A DNA stretch of 64,000 nt from Candidatus Eiseniibacteriota bacterium (GTDB lineage: Bacteria; Eisenbacteria; RBG-16-71-46; SZUA-252). The number at the start of each line of letters is the position of its first letter. Position 1 is the stretch's first letter. Shown here piece by piece: positions 49,989 through 59,737 of the stretch. Below the pieces are notes generated by a model. The model was not told the DNA's origin. It made no database searches and saw nothing but the letters and a program-made list of their open reading frames with translations. The DNA is taken from positions 2,688,001-2,752,000 of the forward strand of contig OY969801.1 in the NCBI GenBank assembly GCA_963703225.1. Direction: 5' to 3'. The translations under genes were made by a program, and so were the position numbers.

Positions 49989-50017
49989 ATGTTAGCTAAC
50001 CATGCTAACAACGTCAA
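49989..50017 (-). promoter_or_regulatory. sigma70 promoter with overlapping inverted-repeat operator
   Basis: TTGACG-N17-TAACAT, 7 nt before the ATG; TGTTAGC-N7-GCTAACA at 49990-50010. Confidence 0.75.
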
Positions 50018-50158
50018 GGAAGATTCTGGGCCGGTCCCCACTCCCCGCGCCGCTCGTTCCCTGAGGTTGGGAGGGTGCGGACACAACTTGAAGGTAACAT
50101 CCCTACAATGGGTTAGGGACGGGCGCCACGATCGAAAATCTCGTGGTCCCTGTACGGG

Positions 50159-50356
50159 TCAGGGGGTTGCTTCATCCGAGGGAACGTCGGCAGCCGTTTC
50201 TTCCTCGGGGGGCGAGGGAGATTCCACGAGAGGAGCGGCCTCCGCCTTCTGCGCCTGCCTGCGAGCGTGGCGCGCGTCACGCTTCTCCGCGGCCCTGGCG
50301 AGCCGTTTCTGCTCCTTCAGCTTCTTGGTAAAGGACGGTCGTTTGATTCCAGCCAT
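50159..50356 (-). CDS. Small basic/acidic-tailed protein (65 aa)
   Basis: RBS AAAGGAG; MAGIKRPSFTKKLKEQKRLARAAEKR..EEETAAD. Confidence 0.65.
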   Translation of the reverse strand: MAGIKRPSFTKKLKEQKRLARAAEKRDARHARRQAQKAEAAPLVESPSPPEEETAADVPSDEATP

Positions 50357-50436
50357 GCCTGCTCCTTTCGCCTTGACCCGTTCGAGAATGACCCCTATCG
50401 CGGGTATCATTGTACAGGATGGCGGGCTGATCCGCC

Positions 50437-51717
50437 TCACTCCCCCACGCTCTCAGCCGCCTCCAGGGCCGGATCCCGGCCGGCCGCGTAGTCGCGGAAT
50501 CTCAGGGTCGCCGGCACACCCACTTCGATGTACGGTCGCATGTCCCGCGGGTCCGATTGCTGCCAGTAGAGGCTCGAGACTCGGACGGTTAGGCGGCTGT
50601 TCGGCAGGACGATCTTCTTCGAATCTCCGTACGTGTTTCCCCGAGAGGAGCTCGGCTCGCCGACGAACATCGCGTCGGCGACATTCTCGAGCTGATTGAT
50701 GAGCATCTGCGCCGCCGACCACGTGCGCCGACCGGTGATCACGAGGAGCCGGCCCGGCTGGTCGTAGCGCGACTTGACGAGACTCCGAAGAATATCGCGG
50801 TTCCACGACCCGTCGCCCCCGCCATTGAGCCGGAGATCCAGGACGAAACGCTCCACCCGGGCGGAATCAGCGGCCTGCAATGCTCGCGTCAGGAACACGT
50901 TCAGCGAGTCCTCCGGTTTCTGTTGAATGGCGTTGATCTGGCAGTAGAGCGTTCGCCTCTCCGGCAAGAGTCGGTACCAGTACTTGTTTCCGATGTCGCT
51001 GAGCCACAGCGGGTCGGGCGCGCGGTCGCGGGCGTCCACCCAGCCGGGGCGCTTCTGCCATGTGCGATCGGTTTCGCCCGTAAGCATGGGGAAGAGCCCC
51101 GCGGACGTAAGCGCAGCGTCGCGACGGGCTCCCGCGATCTCGAGGCCAAAGACCGCCCGCGTCGGGTCGGATGAGAGCCCAACCGAGTGCAGAACCTCCG
51201 GCATCGTCAGGAGGATTGGCGCCCACGCTCGCACGCCCATCTCGTTGTCTCGACTGATCAGCGGCCGGACCCGTTCGATAGCCTGATCGACCGGAACGCC
51301 GCCGATGCCGACGACCCGCGCCCCGACCAGCTTCCTCTGAGCCTCGGTGGCCGCGCGCACAAAGAGACCGTCCTCGAACCAATACAGAGCCACGGGCAGC
51401 TCATGAAACGCGGCGGTGGTGTCGCGCCAGGGACTCACGTTGGAATGCCCATCGCCCACGAGCGCGTCCAACTTCTCCAGCTCAACAATCACCTGGTGAC
51501 GCGCGAGCCGTGGAAGCGTCTCGTCGACGGCCTGGACCGCGCTGTCGAACTGAGCGCGAGTCATGGAGTGGAACAGGTTCGCGTGCTTCGCCGGCATCTC
51601 CGAGTGCAGAAACGCGAGATCCTCGCGCCAGAGGCGAACCTGGGTGCTGTCCAGAGGAGCGGCGGATGCGGCGGGCGCTACGAGCGACAGGGTCACGACG
51701 AGGGCCGGTAGGCGCAC
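50437..51717 (-). CDS. Secreted S41-like peptidase
   Basis: Signal peptide, GDGHS, VLDLRLNGGG, TWSAA, FVGEP. Confidence 0.8.
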   Translation of the reverse strand: MRLPALVVTLSLVAPAASAAPLDSTQVRLWREDLAFLHSEMPAKHANLFHSMTRAQFDSAVQAVDETLPRLARHQVIVELEKLDALVGDGHSNVSPWRDTTAAFHELPVALYWFEDGLFVRAATEAQRKLVGARVVGIGGVPVDQAIERVRPLISRDNEMGVRAWAPILLTMPEVLHSVGLSSDPTRAVFGLEIAGARRDAALTSAGLFPMLTGETDRTWQKRPGWVDARDRAPDPLWLSDIGNKYWYRLLPERRTLYCQINAIQQKPEDSLNVFLTRALQAADSARVERFVLDLRLNGGGDGSWNRDILRSLVKSRYDQPGRLLVITGRRTWSAAQMLINQLENVADAMFVGEPSSSRGNTYGDSKKIVLPNSRLTVRVSSLYWQQSDPRDMRPYIEVGVPATLRFRDYAAGRDPALEAAESVGE

Positions 51718-51783
51718 GATTCCTCCACGATATGCGCGGGTGCTTGGCTCCTTGGATAAGGCCCGATAGGGGAACGTTGAAAC

Positions 51784-53979
51784 CTAGGGGCTGGGTGCCG
51801 GCGTTTCGGCCTTCGGCTCGCTCGGCACCGGCCGGTACTTCACCCCGAGGCGATCCAGCATGAAGAGCATCACGTCGGCGCGCTGCCGGTCGCGCTCGGA
51901 GAGGGCGGTCGAGACGTGGCCCGAATCGTAGCTTACTCGCAGCAGAATCGTGTTGGGCGAGCCGCTGGCCTGAAGCCTGGCGACCATCTTGTAACTCTCC
52001 CAGGAGGGGACGCGCGGGTCGTTCACGCCCGTGAGCGCCAGAACCGAGGGGTAGGTCTTGCCATCTGTCACGTGGTGATACGGAGAGTAGCGGTACATGC
52101 CCCGAAACTGCGTTGAGTCCTTCACGGTTCCGAATTCGGTCGTGTTGAACTCGCCGTTCGGCGCGAGCTCCGTCCGCAGAACGTCCCCGTATCCGACGTA
52201 GGCCACAGCGGCCTGCATCGCGTCCGGATAATGGACGAGCGTGCCGTACACGAGCAGCCCTCCCGCGCTCCCACCCTCGATCGCGAGTCGTGCCTTCCTC
52301 GTATATCCCTCCTTGACGAGATAACGAGCGCACGCGGCGAAGTCGTCCGTGGAGATTTGTTTGGTCCCCAGCCGGGCCGCCTGGTGCCACGCCTCGCCGT
52401 ACTCTCCTCCACCCCGGACGCTTGCATCGGCGTAGATGCCGCCCTGCTCGATCCACGCCTGGATGGTCGGGTCAAAGTAGGGCTGCTCGCTCAGCCCATA
52501 GCTCCCATAGCCGTAGAGAATGGCCGGGGCTTGGCCGTCGAGTGGGGTCCCCTTCCTCATGATGATGTTGATCGGAAGCTTGGTGCCATCGTCGGCCGTG
52601 GCGAAGACGCGCCGAACTTCGCAATCGTCGAAATGGGCCGATGACGACCGCGCGAGCGCGGTGGGCTGAAGCGCGGCATCGCCGGGGCCGAATCGGTAGT
52701 AGGCGGGAGGGTGTGTATAACTCTGGCTTCGCACGAGCACATCATCGCCCTGGGTACGTACGGCCTGCCCCATGAGCGCGATCTCCGACATCGCAACGAC
52801 CCCAAGCGACGTTCCGGCCAGGTCGTACAGGTGCAATTGTGTCGGCCCGCCGACCATCTCCGTGACGTAGAGCCTTGCCGCCGTAGGTGTGAACCCTTCG
52901 ATCGCGTTCTCGGTCTCCGGGACGACGACTGTGGCGTTGCTCAGCCGCGGCGTGGCGAGCGGAAGGCGAAGAATCTTCCTCTTCGGCGCGCCCGCCCGCG
53001 ACATCAGGTAGAGCGCGTCGTCCACCCCAAACTTCCCGTCGACAATGTTATCTTCAAATCGCGTGACCTGGGTCCATGCCCCGCCGGGCACGAGAAGCCA
53101 ATAGGCGTGCTCGCCCCCATCGCCATTACTGACGTCCGCCAGATTGAAGCGGCCGTCCGGGCTCGTCGAGAGCTCGATCTCGGCGATCTTGGGGAATTCC
53201 CGGCCCAACACGTAGCTGTCCGTGCTGACCGGCGTCCCCAACTTGTGAAAGTAGACCTGGACGAAGAACGGTAGATCTTCCGAAGGGCGCTCTCCCGCAC
53301 GGGGATAGCGGGTGTAGTAGACCCCGCTCGCGTCCGCGTTCCAGGTGGCGCTGCCGCCCGCCGTCCCGCCATTTACTCCTACGATGACGTCGTCGAGCCG
53401 CCGACCCGTCCCGGTCTCGTAGAAGTAGAGCGATCCATCCTCGGTGCCGCTCTTGGAGAGGGAGACGGCCACGTACTTGCCGTCCAGGGACGGGGCATAG
53501 AAGTCGATCGAGGTGCCGCCCGACGAGTCAATCGCGTTTGGATCCACGATCGGCCGCTCCGTGCTCAGGTCCATGATCGAGGTGAGCGTCACCAGCGACG
53601 GTTGTTGCTTGGGGGGTTCGTCCTTCATGAAGAAGTAGTGCCCGTCTCGATAGCTGCCCCCGTAGTGGTCGGGACTCTCGGAGTGCGTCAGTGCCACGAT
53701 CCGATCCAGAACGGCCTTCCGCTCGGGATGCCGGTCGAGCCAGGCTCGCGTGTATGCATTCTGTCCCTTCGCCCACTTCACCACCTGCGAATCCGCGGCG
53801 TTTTCCATGTATTGGTAATCGTCGTTGACCTTCTCGCCCCAGTAGGTGTTGACCACGGTGCGCTTCGGGGCCTTGGGCTGCGATGGACCCGCGGCCTTCG
53901 CGGCCTCGGCGACGTGGGAGAGATGAAGACAGGTGAGCAGCAGAGTTGCATGGAGCGAAACTACGAAGCGGCGCGACAT
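51784..53979 (-). CDS. Prolyl oligopeptidase (S9A), secreted
   Basis: YGYG, RGGGEYGEAWH, GGSAGG, DPRV, SGH; RBS GGAGG. Confidence 0.93.
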   Translation of the reverse strand: MSRRFVVSLHATLLLTCLHLSHVAEAAKAAGPSQPKAPKRTVVNTYWGEKVNDDYQYMENAADSQVVKWAKGQNAYTRAWLDRHPERKAVLDRIVALTHSESPDHYGGSYRDGHYFFMKDEPPKQQPSLVTLTSIMDLSTERPIVDPNAIDSSGGTSIDFYAPSLDGKYVAVSLSKSGTEDGSLYFYETGTGRRLDDVIVGVNGGTAGGSATWNADASGVYYTRYPRAGERPSEDLPFFVQVYFHKLGTPVSTDSYVLGREFPKIAEIELSTSPDGRFNLADVSNGDGGEHAYWLLVPGGAWTQVTRFEDNIVDGKFGVDDALYLMSRAGAPKRKILRLPLATPRLSNATVVVPETENAIEGFTPTAARLYVTEMVGGPTQLHLYDLAGTSLGVVAMSEIALMGQAVRTQGDDVLVRSQSYTHPPAYYRFGPGDAALQPTALARSSSAHFDDCEVRRVFATADDGTKLPINIIMRKGTPLDGQAPAILYGYGSYGLSEQPYFDPTIQAWIEQGGIYADASVRGGGEYGEAWHQAARLGTKQISTDDFAACARYLVKEGYTRKARLAIEGGSAGGLLVYGTLVHYPDAMQAAVAYVGYGDVLRTELAPNGEFNTTEFGTVKDSTQFRGMYRYSPYHHVTDGKTYPSVLALTGVNDPRVPSWESYKMVARLQASGSPNTILLRVSYDSGHVSTALSERDRQRADVMLFMLDRLGVKYRPVPSEPKAETPAPSP

Positions 53980-54188
53980 AGACCTCCAATCCGCATGGTA
54001 CTCATCGAAGTGACCCGAGGGGCGACCCACGAAATGGGCGCATGTTCCTGCCGGGACTTCATTCTACCCTAACGGCTCGCCGCGGTTTTCAAACCGTCCC
54101 ACAATGCGCGCTATGCCGTTGCCCCTGGTCGCCTTAGAATAGGTGTCGCCATGACCGTGGAGCCCACCTGACGAAGTCCCTGCACCCC

Positions 54189-55283
54189 GTGCCCGCGATC
54201 GTCTCCGGAGTTCTCGAAGTTCTCCATCGAGGCGGCGGCTATCTCCGCGACCCGGCACGCTCGTTTGAGCCCGGCCCTTCCGATGCGTTCGTATCCGATC
54301 AGATCATCAAACGCTTCGCTCTGGCCACCGGAGCACTGGTCTCTGGCCCCGCACAACCGGGGAAGCAGGGTCCACGGCTCGAGGACGTGGAGTCGGTATC
54401 CGGGCTCACGCCCGAGCGGTATCGTCAGCGCACTCCCTTCGCCAACCTCGTGGCCACCAACCCGGACCGGCGCTTTCGACTGGGTCGAGGCGGCAATCCC
54501 TCCATGCGCATCGTGGACTTGGTCGCCCCGTTGGGCCGCGGATCCCGCGGCCTCATCGTATCGCCGCCCAAGGCGGGTAAGACGCAGCTGTTGGAGGACC
54601 TCACGATTGCGATCCACGCGGACGCGCCCGAAGCCCGAGTTCTGGTTCTCCTCATCGACGAGCGGCCGGAAGAAGTGACCCACTTTAAACGCCAGGTCCC
54701 GGCTGAAGTGCTGGCCAGCAGCAGCGATCAATCCTTGGCGGAGCACACTCGGATCGCGAACATGTGCATGGCCCAGGTCCGATCCGAGCTGGAATGCGGC
54801 CGCGACCTGGTGGTGCTCGTGGATAGCATTACTCGCATGGGTCGGGCTTTCAATTCGTATGGATCCAACTCGGGCCGAACCATGAGCGGTGGATTGGACT
54901 CCCGCGCCCTAGAAATCCCGCGAAAATTCTTCGGGATGGCGCGATCCGTGGAAGGCGGCGGATCGATCACGGTTGTGGCGACCGCATTGATCGAAACCGG
55001 ATCGCGGATGGACGACATGATATTCGAGGAGTTCAAGGGAACCGGAAACAGCGAGATCGTGCTGGATCGATCGCTGGCCGATCAGCGGGTGTTTCCGGCA
55101 ATCAATCTGTCCAAGTCGGGCACACGCCGCGACGAGTTGCTCTATTCGAAGGAAGAGATTGGCGCGATCAACCGCCTGCGTCGTCGGCTGCTGGACCTGC
55201 CGCCGAATCAGGCGATCCTCAACTTGCTGAAGATGCTGGAGCGGTGGGCCACCAACGAGGAGTTGCTGCAGCACATCGAGTGA
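54189..55283 (+). CDS. rho: Transcription termination factor Rho, short form
   Basis: PPKAGKT, LLIDERPEEVT, DSITR, SGRTMSGG, EEFKGTGN, SGTRRDELL; only 364 aa. Confidence 0.92.
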   Translation: MPAIVSGVLEVLHRGGGYLRDPARSFEPGPSDAFVSDQIIKRFALATGALVSGPAQPGKQGPRLEDVESVSGLTPERYRQRTPFANLVATNPDRRFRLGRGGNPSMRIVDLVAPLGRGSRGLIVSPPKAGKTQLLEDLTIAIHADAPEARVLVLLIDERPEEVTHFKRQVPAEVLASSSDQSLAEHTRIANMCMAQVRSELECGRDLVVLVDSITRMGRAFNSYGSNSGRTMSGGLDSRALEIPRKFFGMARSVEGGGSITVVATALIETGSRMDDMIFEEFKGTGNSEIVLDRSLADQRVFPAINLSKSGTRRDELLYSKEEIGAINRLRRRLLDLPPNQAILNLLKMLERWATNEELLQHIE

Positions 55284-55306
55284 ACCCAAGAGGTCCGGGG
55301 GACTCC

Positions 55307-57244
55307 ATGCCCTGTACGACCTGCCCCAGATGGAATCCATCCTGGTCGCGAGCGGCCGCGCGATGCTTACTCGCCGTGACCCTCACCAGTGCGGGTTGCG
55401 CTGGCTCCCGGAGCCCTCGAACGGCCTATCTGCAGATCATCCGCCCGGACCAGAGGCCGCCCCTCGTAGGCACTCGCGCGGCAGCTGACTCGCTCTACGG
55501 AGACGCACTGCAGAGTCTGCAGGGCGACGGAATCTCGGAAGATCGTCGCGATTCGCTCGAAGCGCTCGTCCGACGCTTCACGCCGACGCTCGTACTTCCG
55601 GAGGACGATGCCGTGAGCGTCGGGAAACGGCGATTCCAGCTCGTCCCCTGCGATCCCTGGCTGCTTGCCGACACGCTTCACATCGACCGAATCGATGCGG
55701 CGCCCTACCAGCTCCAGAACTACGCGAGCGTTCCGCTTCACAACCTCGAGCCGGACTCGCTCGGGCGCCTCGTGGATGACGCACTCCGATATCAGAGCGA
55801 CCCCGATCACCTCGAGATCTGGTACTTCGACTTTCCCGGGGAATCTCCCCGGCGCTGGTGGGAGGAGTACGCCCGCCTCCGTGCCGGGCCCGATAGCGCC
55901 CGATGGGCGAAGCCCGTGGTGTGGGCGCACCCTTACCTCAACGGAGTGGGACGTGTCGTGCTGCAGTACTGGTACTTCTATCCCTTCAACGATCACATCA
56001 GCGATCACGAGGGCGATTGGGAGCACGTGAACGTGGTCCTCAACGAGGACCGCGCGTCGATTCGGGAGATCCACTACTACTTCCACGGACGGAGCGTTCA
56101 CCTCCCACAAGGCGAGTACCTTCCTGAGATCGAAGACGGTACCCATCCGGTGGTGTACGTGGGTGGCCGCTCCTACATGGTGTGGGATTACCCCACCCGC
56201 ATCCTGAACGGCGATCATAACTCCGGGTCGCACGGCAATTATCCCTACCCCGGCGAGTGGGAGGCGGCGGCCGCACTCGGCCACACCGAGAGTGTCGGAG
56301 GGCGAGGTAAAGACCCGGGCCGGACCGTGACCTATGACGAGTTCCGCACGGTGCTGACCCCAGAGGCGAGCCGAATCGATTATCGGGCTCACCCCGAGGT
56401 GCTCCTCGATTGGGCCCCGCTTCTCATGCCGGTCCGATGGGGCTTCCCAAGCGGCCCCTCGGTTGCATCGGCCTTCAAGCTGACGGACGTGGGCAACCGC
56501 GCGCCCTTCGGACCGGCGTTCAACGCCGGCTGGAATCGCACGGCGCCGGGCCTCGCCTATCCAAACTATCGGGTGAGGCGGATCCCGACAATGCAGTCCT
56601 ACCTGGAGGATTTGCTCCAACCCTGGTACTACGCCTACATCTTTCGCCACCCGCGGTACGTGCACGACACGCGGGGCACGCTCGAGCGCCAGGAGCTGGA
56701 GCGGCTGGGACTCGCCCCTCGAAGCGGCTGGGACGAGCGGGGAATCGGCTCCCCAATCCTTGGGCTCCACATCGGCTTTCCGCAGGGCGATTTCTCTAAC
56801 CAGTACAAGACTTCGGTTGGGTTTCTCTTGTGGAGGGATCTCTGGATCAAGGCCCGCTTCGGATTCCTCGAGCTGGGCGGCGGCTACCAGAAGTTCGAGA
56901 CGCATGAGAAAGGGGCCGGATCCATTTTCACCTACCCCATTACGGCCAGCATCACGTTGCACGGACCGGAAGGCATCGTGCGGCCGTATTTCACCGTGGG
57001 AGTAGGCCCAAGTGGCTGGGAATCTCGGCAGCGGATTCCCAATACCGACTCCAAGATCGTGACCTCTGGGTGGGGAGGTGGCGCGATCGGGACCGTCGGG
57101 ATCGAGTACTACCTGCGACCGAAAGTGGCCTTCGATCTCGGCGTGCGTTACCTCGACCTGCCCGGCCCCGGCTCAGGCGCGGGCTTCGACGGCGACCGGC
57201 TCCGCTTCATCGGCCTCTGGGCTGGCCACTACATTCGTTTCTAA
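55307..57244 (+). CDS. Secreted/outer-membrane protein: Vps62/NPP1-like domain plus C-terminal beta-barrel
   Basis: LTSAGC lipobox-like; LQYWYFYPFND..HEGDWEHV, SHG; alternating strands (RPYFTVGVG, VGIEYYL, FDLGVRY) ending GHYIRF. Confidence 0.7.
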   Translation: MPCTTCPRWNPSWSRAAARCLLAVTLTSAGCAGSRSPRTAYLQIIRPDQRPPLVGTRAAADSLYGDALQSLQGDGISEDRRDSLEALVRRFTPTLVLPEDDAVSVGKRRFQLVPCDPWLLADTLHIDRIDAAPYQLQNYASVPLHNLEPDSLGRLVDDALRYQSDPDHLEIWYFDFPGESPRRWWEEYARLRAGPDSARWAKPVVWAHPYLNGVGRVVLQYWYFYPFNDHISDHEGDWEHVNVVLNEDRASIREIHYYFHGRSVHLPQGEYLPEIEDGTHPVVYVGGRSYMVWDYPTRILNGDHNSGSHGNYPYPGEWEAAAALGHTESVGGRGKDPGRTVTYDEFRTVLTPEASRIDYRAHPEVLLDWAPLLMPVRWGFPSGPSVASAFKLTDVGNRAPFGPAFNAGWNRTAPGLAYPNYRVRRIPTMQSYLEDLLQPWYYAYIFRHPRYVHDTRGTLERQELERLGLAPRSGWDERGIGSPILGLHIGFPQGDFSNQYKTSVGFLLWRDLWIKARFGFLELGGGYQKFETHEKGAGSIFTYPITASITLHGPEGIVRPYFTVGVGPSGWESRQRIPNTDSKIVTSGWGGGAIGTVGIEYYLRPKVAFDLGVRYLDLPGPGSGAGFDGDRLRFIGLWAGHYIRF

Positions 57245-59598
57245 CCCAGCCCGAGTTGTCGCAAGATTTGACGGAACTGAGGCGTGCTGCGCAGGGCGTC
57301 AAAGCGCGGGTCGACGGCGAGATCCTTGACCCCCGAGGGCTGCTCTCGGCGGGCCTTGTCGATCCATTCGAGGGCTCGGTCCCCTTTCGCCAGCCCGACC
57401 CAGACCAGACCGATGTCGAACGGAACGGTCTGCCCTCGAGCCGCGAGCCGCTCCAGCTCGCCGAGGATGCGTTCGGCGTCGAGGCGCCTGCCCGAACGGG
57501 CCAAGACATATCCGAGCCCGCCAAGAGTGTGGGACCCACCGCCCGCGAGCGCCCGGGCCGTCTCGCAGGCGACGATCGCCGAGTCGATATCCCCATTCTG
57601 AGCAAACGCCATCCCGAGGTAGAGATGCGTCGGCGCAAAGGCGGGATCGAGATCGCGCCCGAGCCGATGCTGCCGGATGGCATCCGAGTATCGCCGGGCA
57701 AAGAAGTATGCGTCGCCGAGATTGGCGTTCATGATCAGCGAAAGCGGGTCGAGTTCGAGAGCGCGGCGTGCCTCGGAAATAGCCTCGTCAAACCGCCCTC
57801 GGTCGCGAAGGAGGATCGAGTACCAGTGATGTGCCGTGGCATAACTGGGCCGCAACTCGATGGCACGCTTGAAATCGGCCTCCGCCCCAGCCCAATCCCA
57901 CCGACGGTACAGTTTCACCAAACCCAGCGCCGGGTAGGCCTCCGCCAACTGGTCATCGATCGCGAGCGCCTTCTTTGCCGCGTCCTCCGCAAGCGGGAGG
58001 GCCTTTTCGGCATCCAATCCCGAGTAGGTATCCTGCAGCACGTACACATCGGCCAAGCCGGCGTAGGCTAGGGCGAATCGAGGATCGATCTCGGCCGCGC
58101 TCAGAAAGTGACGACGCGCCTCCTCGAGGCTGGCCCGGGTCCGTGTGGCCCACTCATGCCGCCCCTTCAAGTACTCGTCGTAGGCCTCGGGATTGACGCG
58201 ATCGGCCCGCGCGAGTGCTTCCTTCTCCCTCGAGGTGAGTCGAACGTTGACTTGTTCCGCGATCGCCCCAGCCAGGTCCCCCTGCAGCGCAATGACGTCG
58301 CCGACCTCGCGCTCGTAGGTGTTGGCCCAGAGGTGTCGATCTGCCGCCGCGTCGAGCAGCTGGGCGCTGATCCGCACGCGGTTCCCCGAGCGAAGCACCG
58401 TGCCTTCGACCACCGCGTTCACATGAAGCTCCCGCGCGATCTGAGGCAGGGACTTTCCCGATCCCTGGTACCGCATGACCGAGGTCCGAGAGATCACCCG
58501 GAGGCTGCCGATCTGGGCTAGCCTGGTGATCAGCGCATCGGTCATCCCGTCCGCAAAGTAGCCCTGCTGCGAATCGCCCGACAGATCCTCGAGGGGCAGC
58601 ACCGCCAGCGACTCGATGTGCACGGGAGCCGATGTACGCAATCCGCCTCGGAGCTGGGGGAAGAGGACGAGAGCGCCCGCCGCGAGGCCCACGGCAGCCG
58701 CGACCCCCACGATGACCCACGGTCGTCGGCGTCGGGGAGCCCGGTGCGATGCCAGAGTCACCCGCGTGGCGCCCGCACCTTGCAAGGCACCTGCCACCTC
58801 GCCAGCCGTCGAGAACCGGCGCTCGGGCTCCTTCTCCAAGGATCTTAAGATCACCGCTTCAAGAGCCGGTGAAATGCCCGGCACAATCGCGGTCGGATTC
58901 CTCGGAGGATCTTTGAGGACCGCATCGATGAGGGTCGCCGCCGTCTCCTGGGCAAAGGCCCGGACGCCCGTCGCGATCTCGTAGAGCACGGCACCCAGCG
59001 CGTAAATGTCGGAGCGCGCGTCCGCGCGCGCTCCACGGAACTGCTCGGGCGCGATGTACGGTAGGGTCCCCGCGATCTGGCCGGCCTCGGTGAGGCTCTC
59101 CATGCCGCCCCGATCCGACTCCAGCGCCTTCGCGAGGCCGAAGTCCAGGACCTTGACGGCGCCGCGAGCGGTCAGCATCACGTTCCCCGGCTTCAGGTCG
59201 CGGTGAACGATTCCCGACGCGTGGGCCTCTTCGAGCGCGTCGGCGACCTGGACACCGATCGACAGAACGTCCGGCTCGGAAAAACAGCCATCCTGAAGCC
59301 GATGGGCAAGGGTCTCCCCCCGTACGAATTCCATGACGAGGAAATCGACGCCGTCCTGCGAGTCAAAATCGTAGATCAGGTTGATGTTGGGATGGTTCAA
59401 CCTCGAGAGGACAAGCGCTTCCTTGCGGAGGCGCTTGCGCGCGCCGTCATCCGCGACGAGGCTCGGAGACAAGACCTTGAGCGCGACATCGCGGTCGAGG
59501 CGTTCATCTCTGGCGCGATACACGACGCCCATGCCGCCCGCGCCGACCTGCTCGATGATTTGGTAGTGAGAGAGGGTCTTGCCGATCAGGGTATCCAC
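57241..59598 (-). CDS. Ser/Thr kinase with TolB-N-like and TPR domains
   Basis: GAGGMGVVY, HRDLKPGN, DFGLAK, SLAVLPL, YFADGMTD, VISRTS, TPRs, DPRFDALR. Confidence 0.95.
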   Translation of the reverse strand: MDTLIGKTLSHYQIIEQVGAGGMGVVYRARDERLDRDVALKVLSPSLVADDGARKRLRKEALVLSRLNHPNINLIYDFDSQDGVDFLVMEFVRGETLAHRLQDGCFSEPDVLSIGVQVADALEEAHASGIVHRDLKPGNVMLTARGAVKVLDFGLAKALESDRGGMESLTEAGQIAGTLPYIAPEQFRGARADARSDIYALGAVLYEIATGVRAFAQETAATLIDAVLKDPPRNPTAIVPGISPALEAVILRSLEKEPERRFSTAGEVAGALQGAGATRVTLASHRAPRRRRPWVIVGVAAAVGLAAGALVLFPQLRGGLRTSAPVHIESLAVLPLEDLSGDSQQGYFADGMTDALITRLAQIGSLRVISRTSVMRYQGSGKSLPQIARELHVNAVVEGTVLRSGNRVRISAQLLDAAADRHLWANTYEREVGDVIALQGDLAGAIAEQVNVRLTSREKEALARADRVNPEAYDEYLKGRHEWATRTRASLEEARRHFLSAAEIDPRFALAYAGLADVYVLQDTYSGLDAEKALPLAEDAAKKALAIDDQLAEAYPALGLVKLYRRWDWAGAEADFKRAIELRPSYATAHHWYSILLRDRGRFDEAISEARRALELDPLSLIMNANLGDAYFFARRYSDAIRQHRLGRDLDPAFAPTHLYLGMAFAQNGDIDSAIVACETARALAGGGSHTLGGLGYVLARSGRRLDAERILGELERLAARGQTVPFDIGLVWVGLAKGDRALEWIDKARREQPSGVKDLAVDPRFDALRSTPQFRQILRQLGLG

Positions 59599-59737
59599 GG
59601 ATCGCGCCAGGTGGAACCACCTCCGCGCGTTGTGCCGGGGAAGACGCCGGGTCAGCGCCTGCGGGGAGCTGCTATGGTGCCGGCCGCGGTTTCGCCAGGA
59701 TCCACCATCAGAGCATCCGCCTGAGTCAGGCGGGCCG

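Noticed and set aside
50040..50150. Possible ncRNA or hairpin (CCCTA..TAGGG)
   Set aside because: Short stem, no recognisable family or terminator U-tract.
754..56962. Long antisense or alternate-frame ORFs (e.g. 754-1746, 2978-4180, 12890-14395, 29778-31748, 55367-56962)
   Set aside because: Shadows of real genes in high-GC DNA; Arg/Pro-rich with no motifs.
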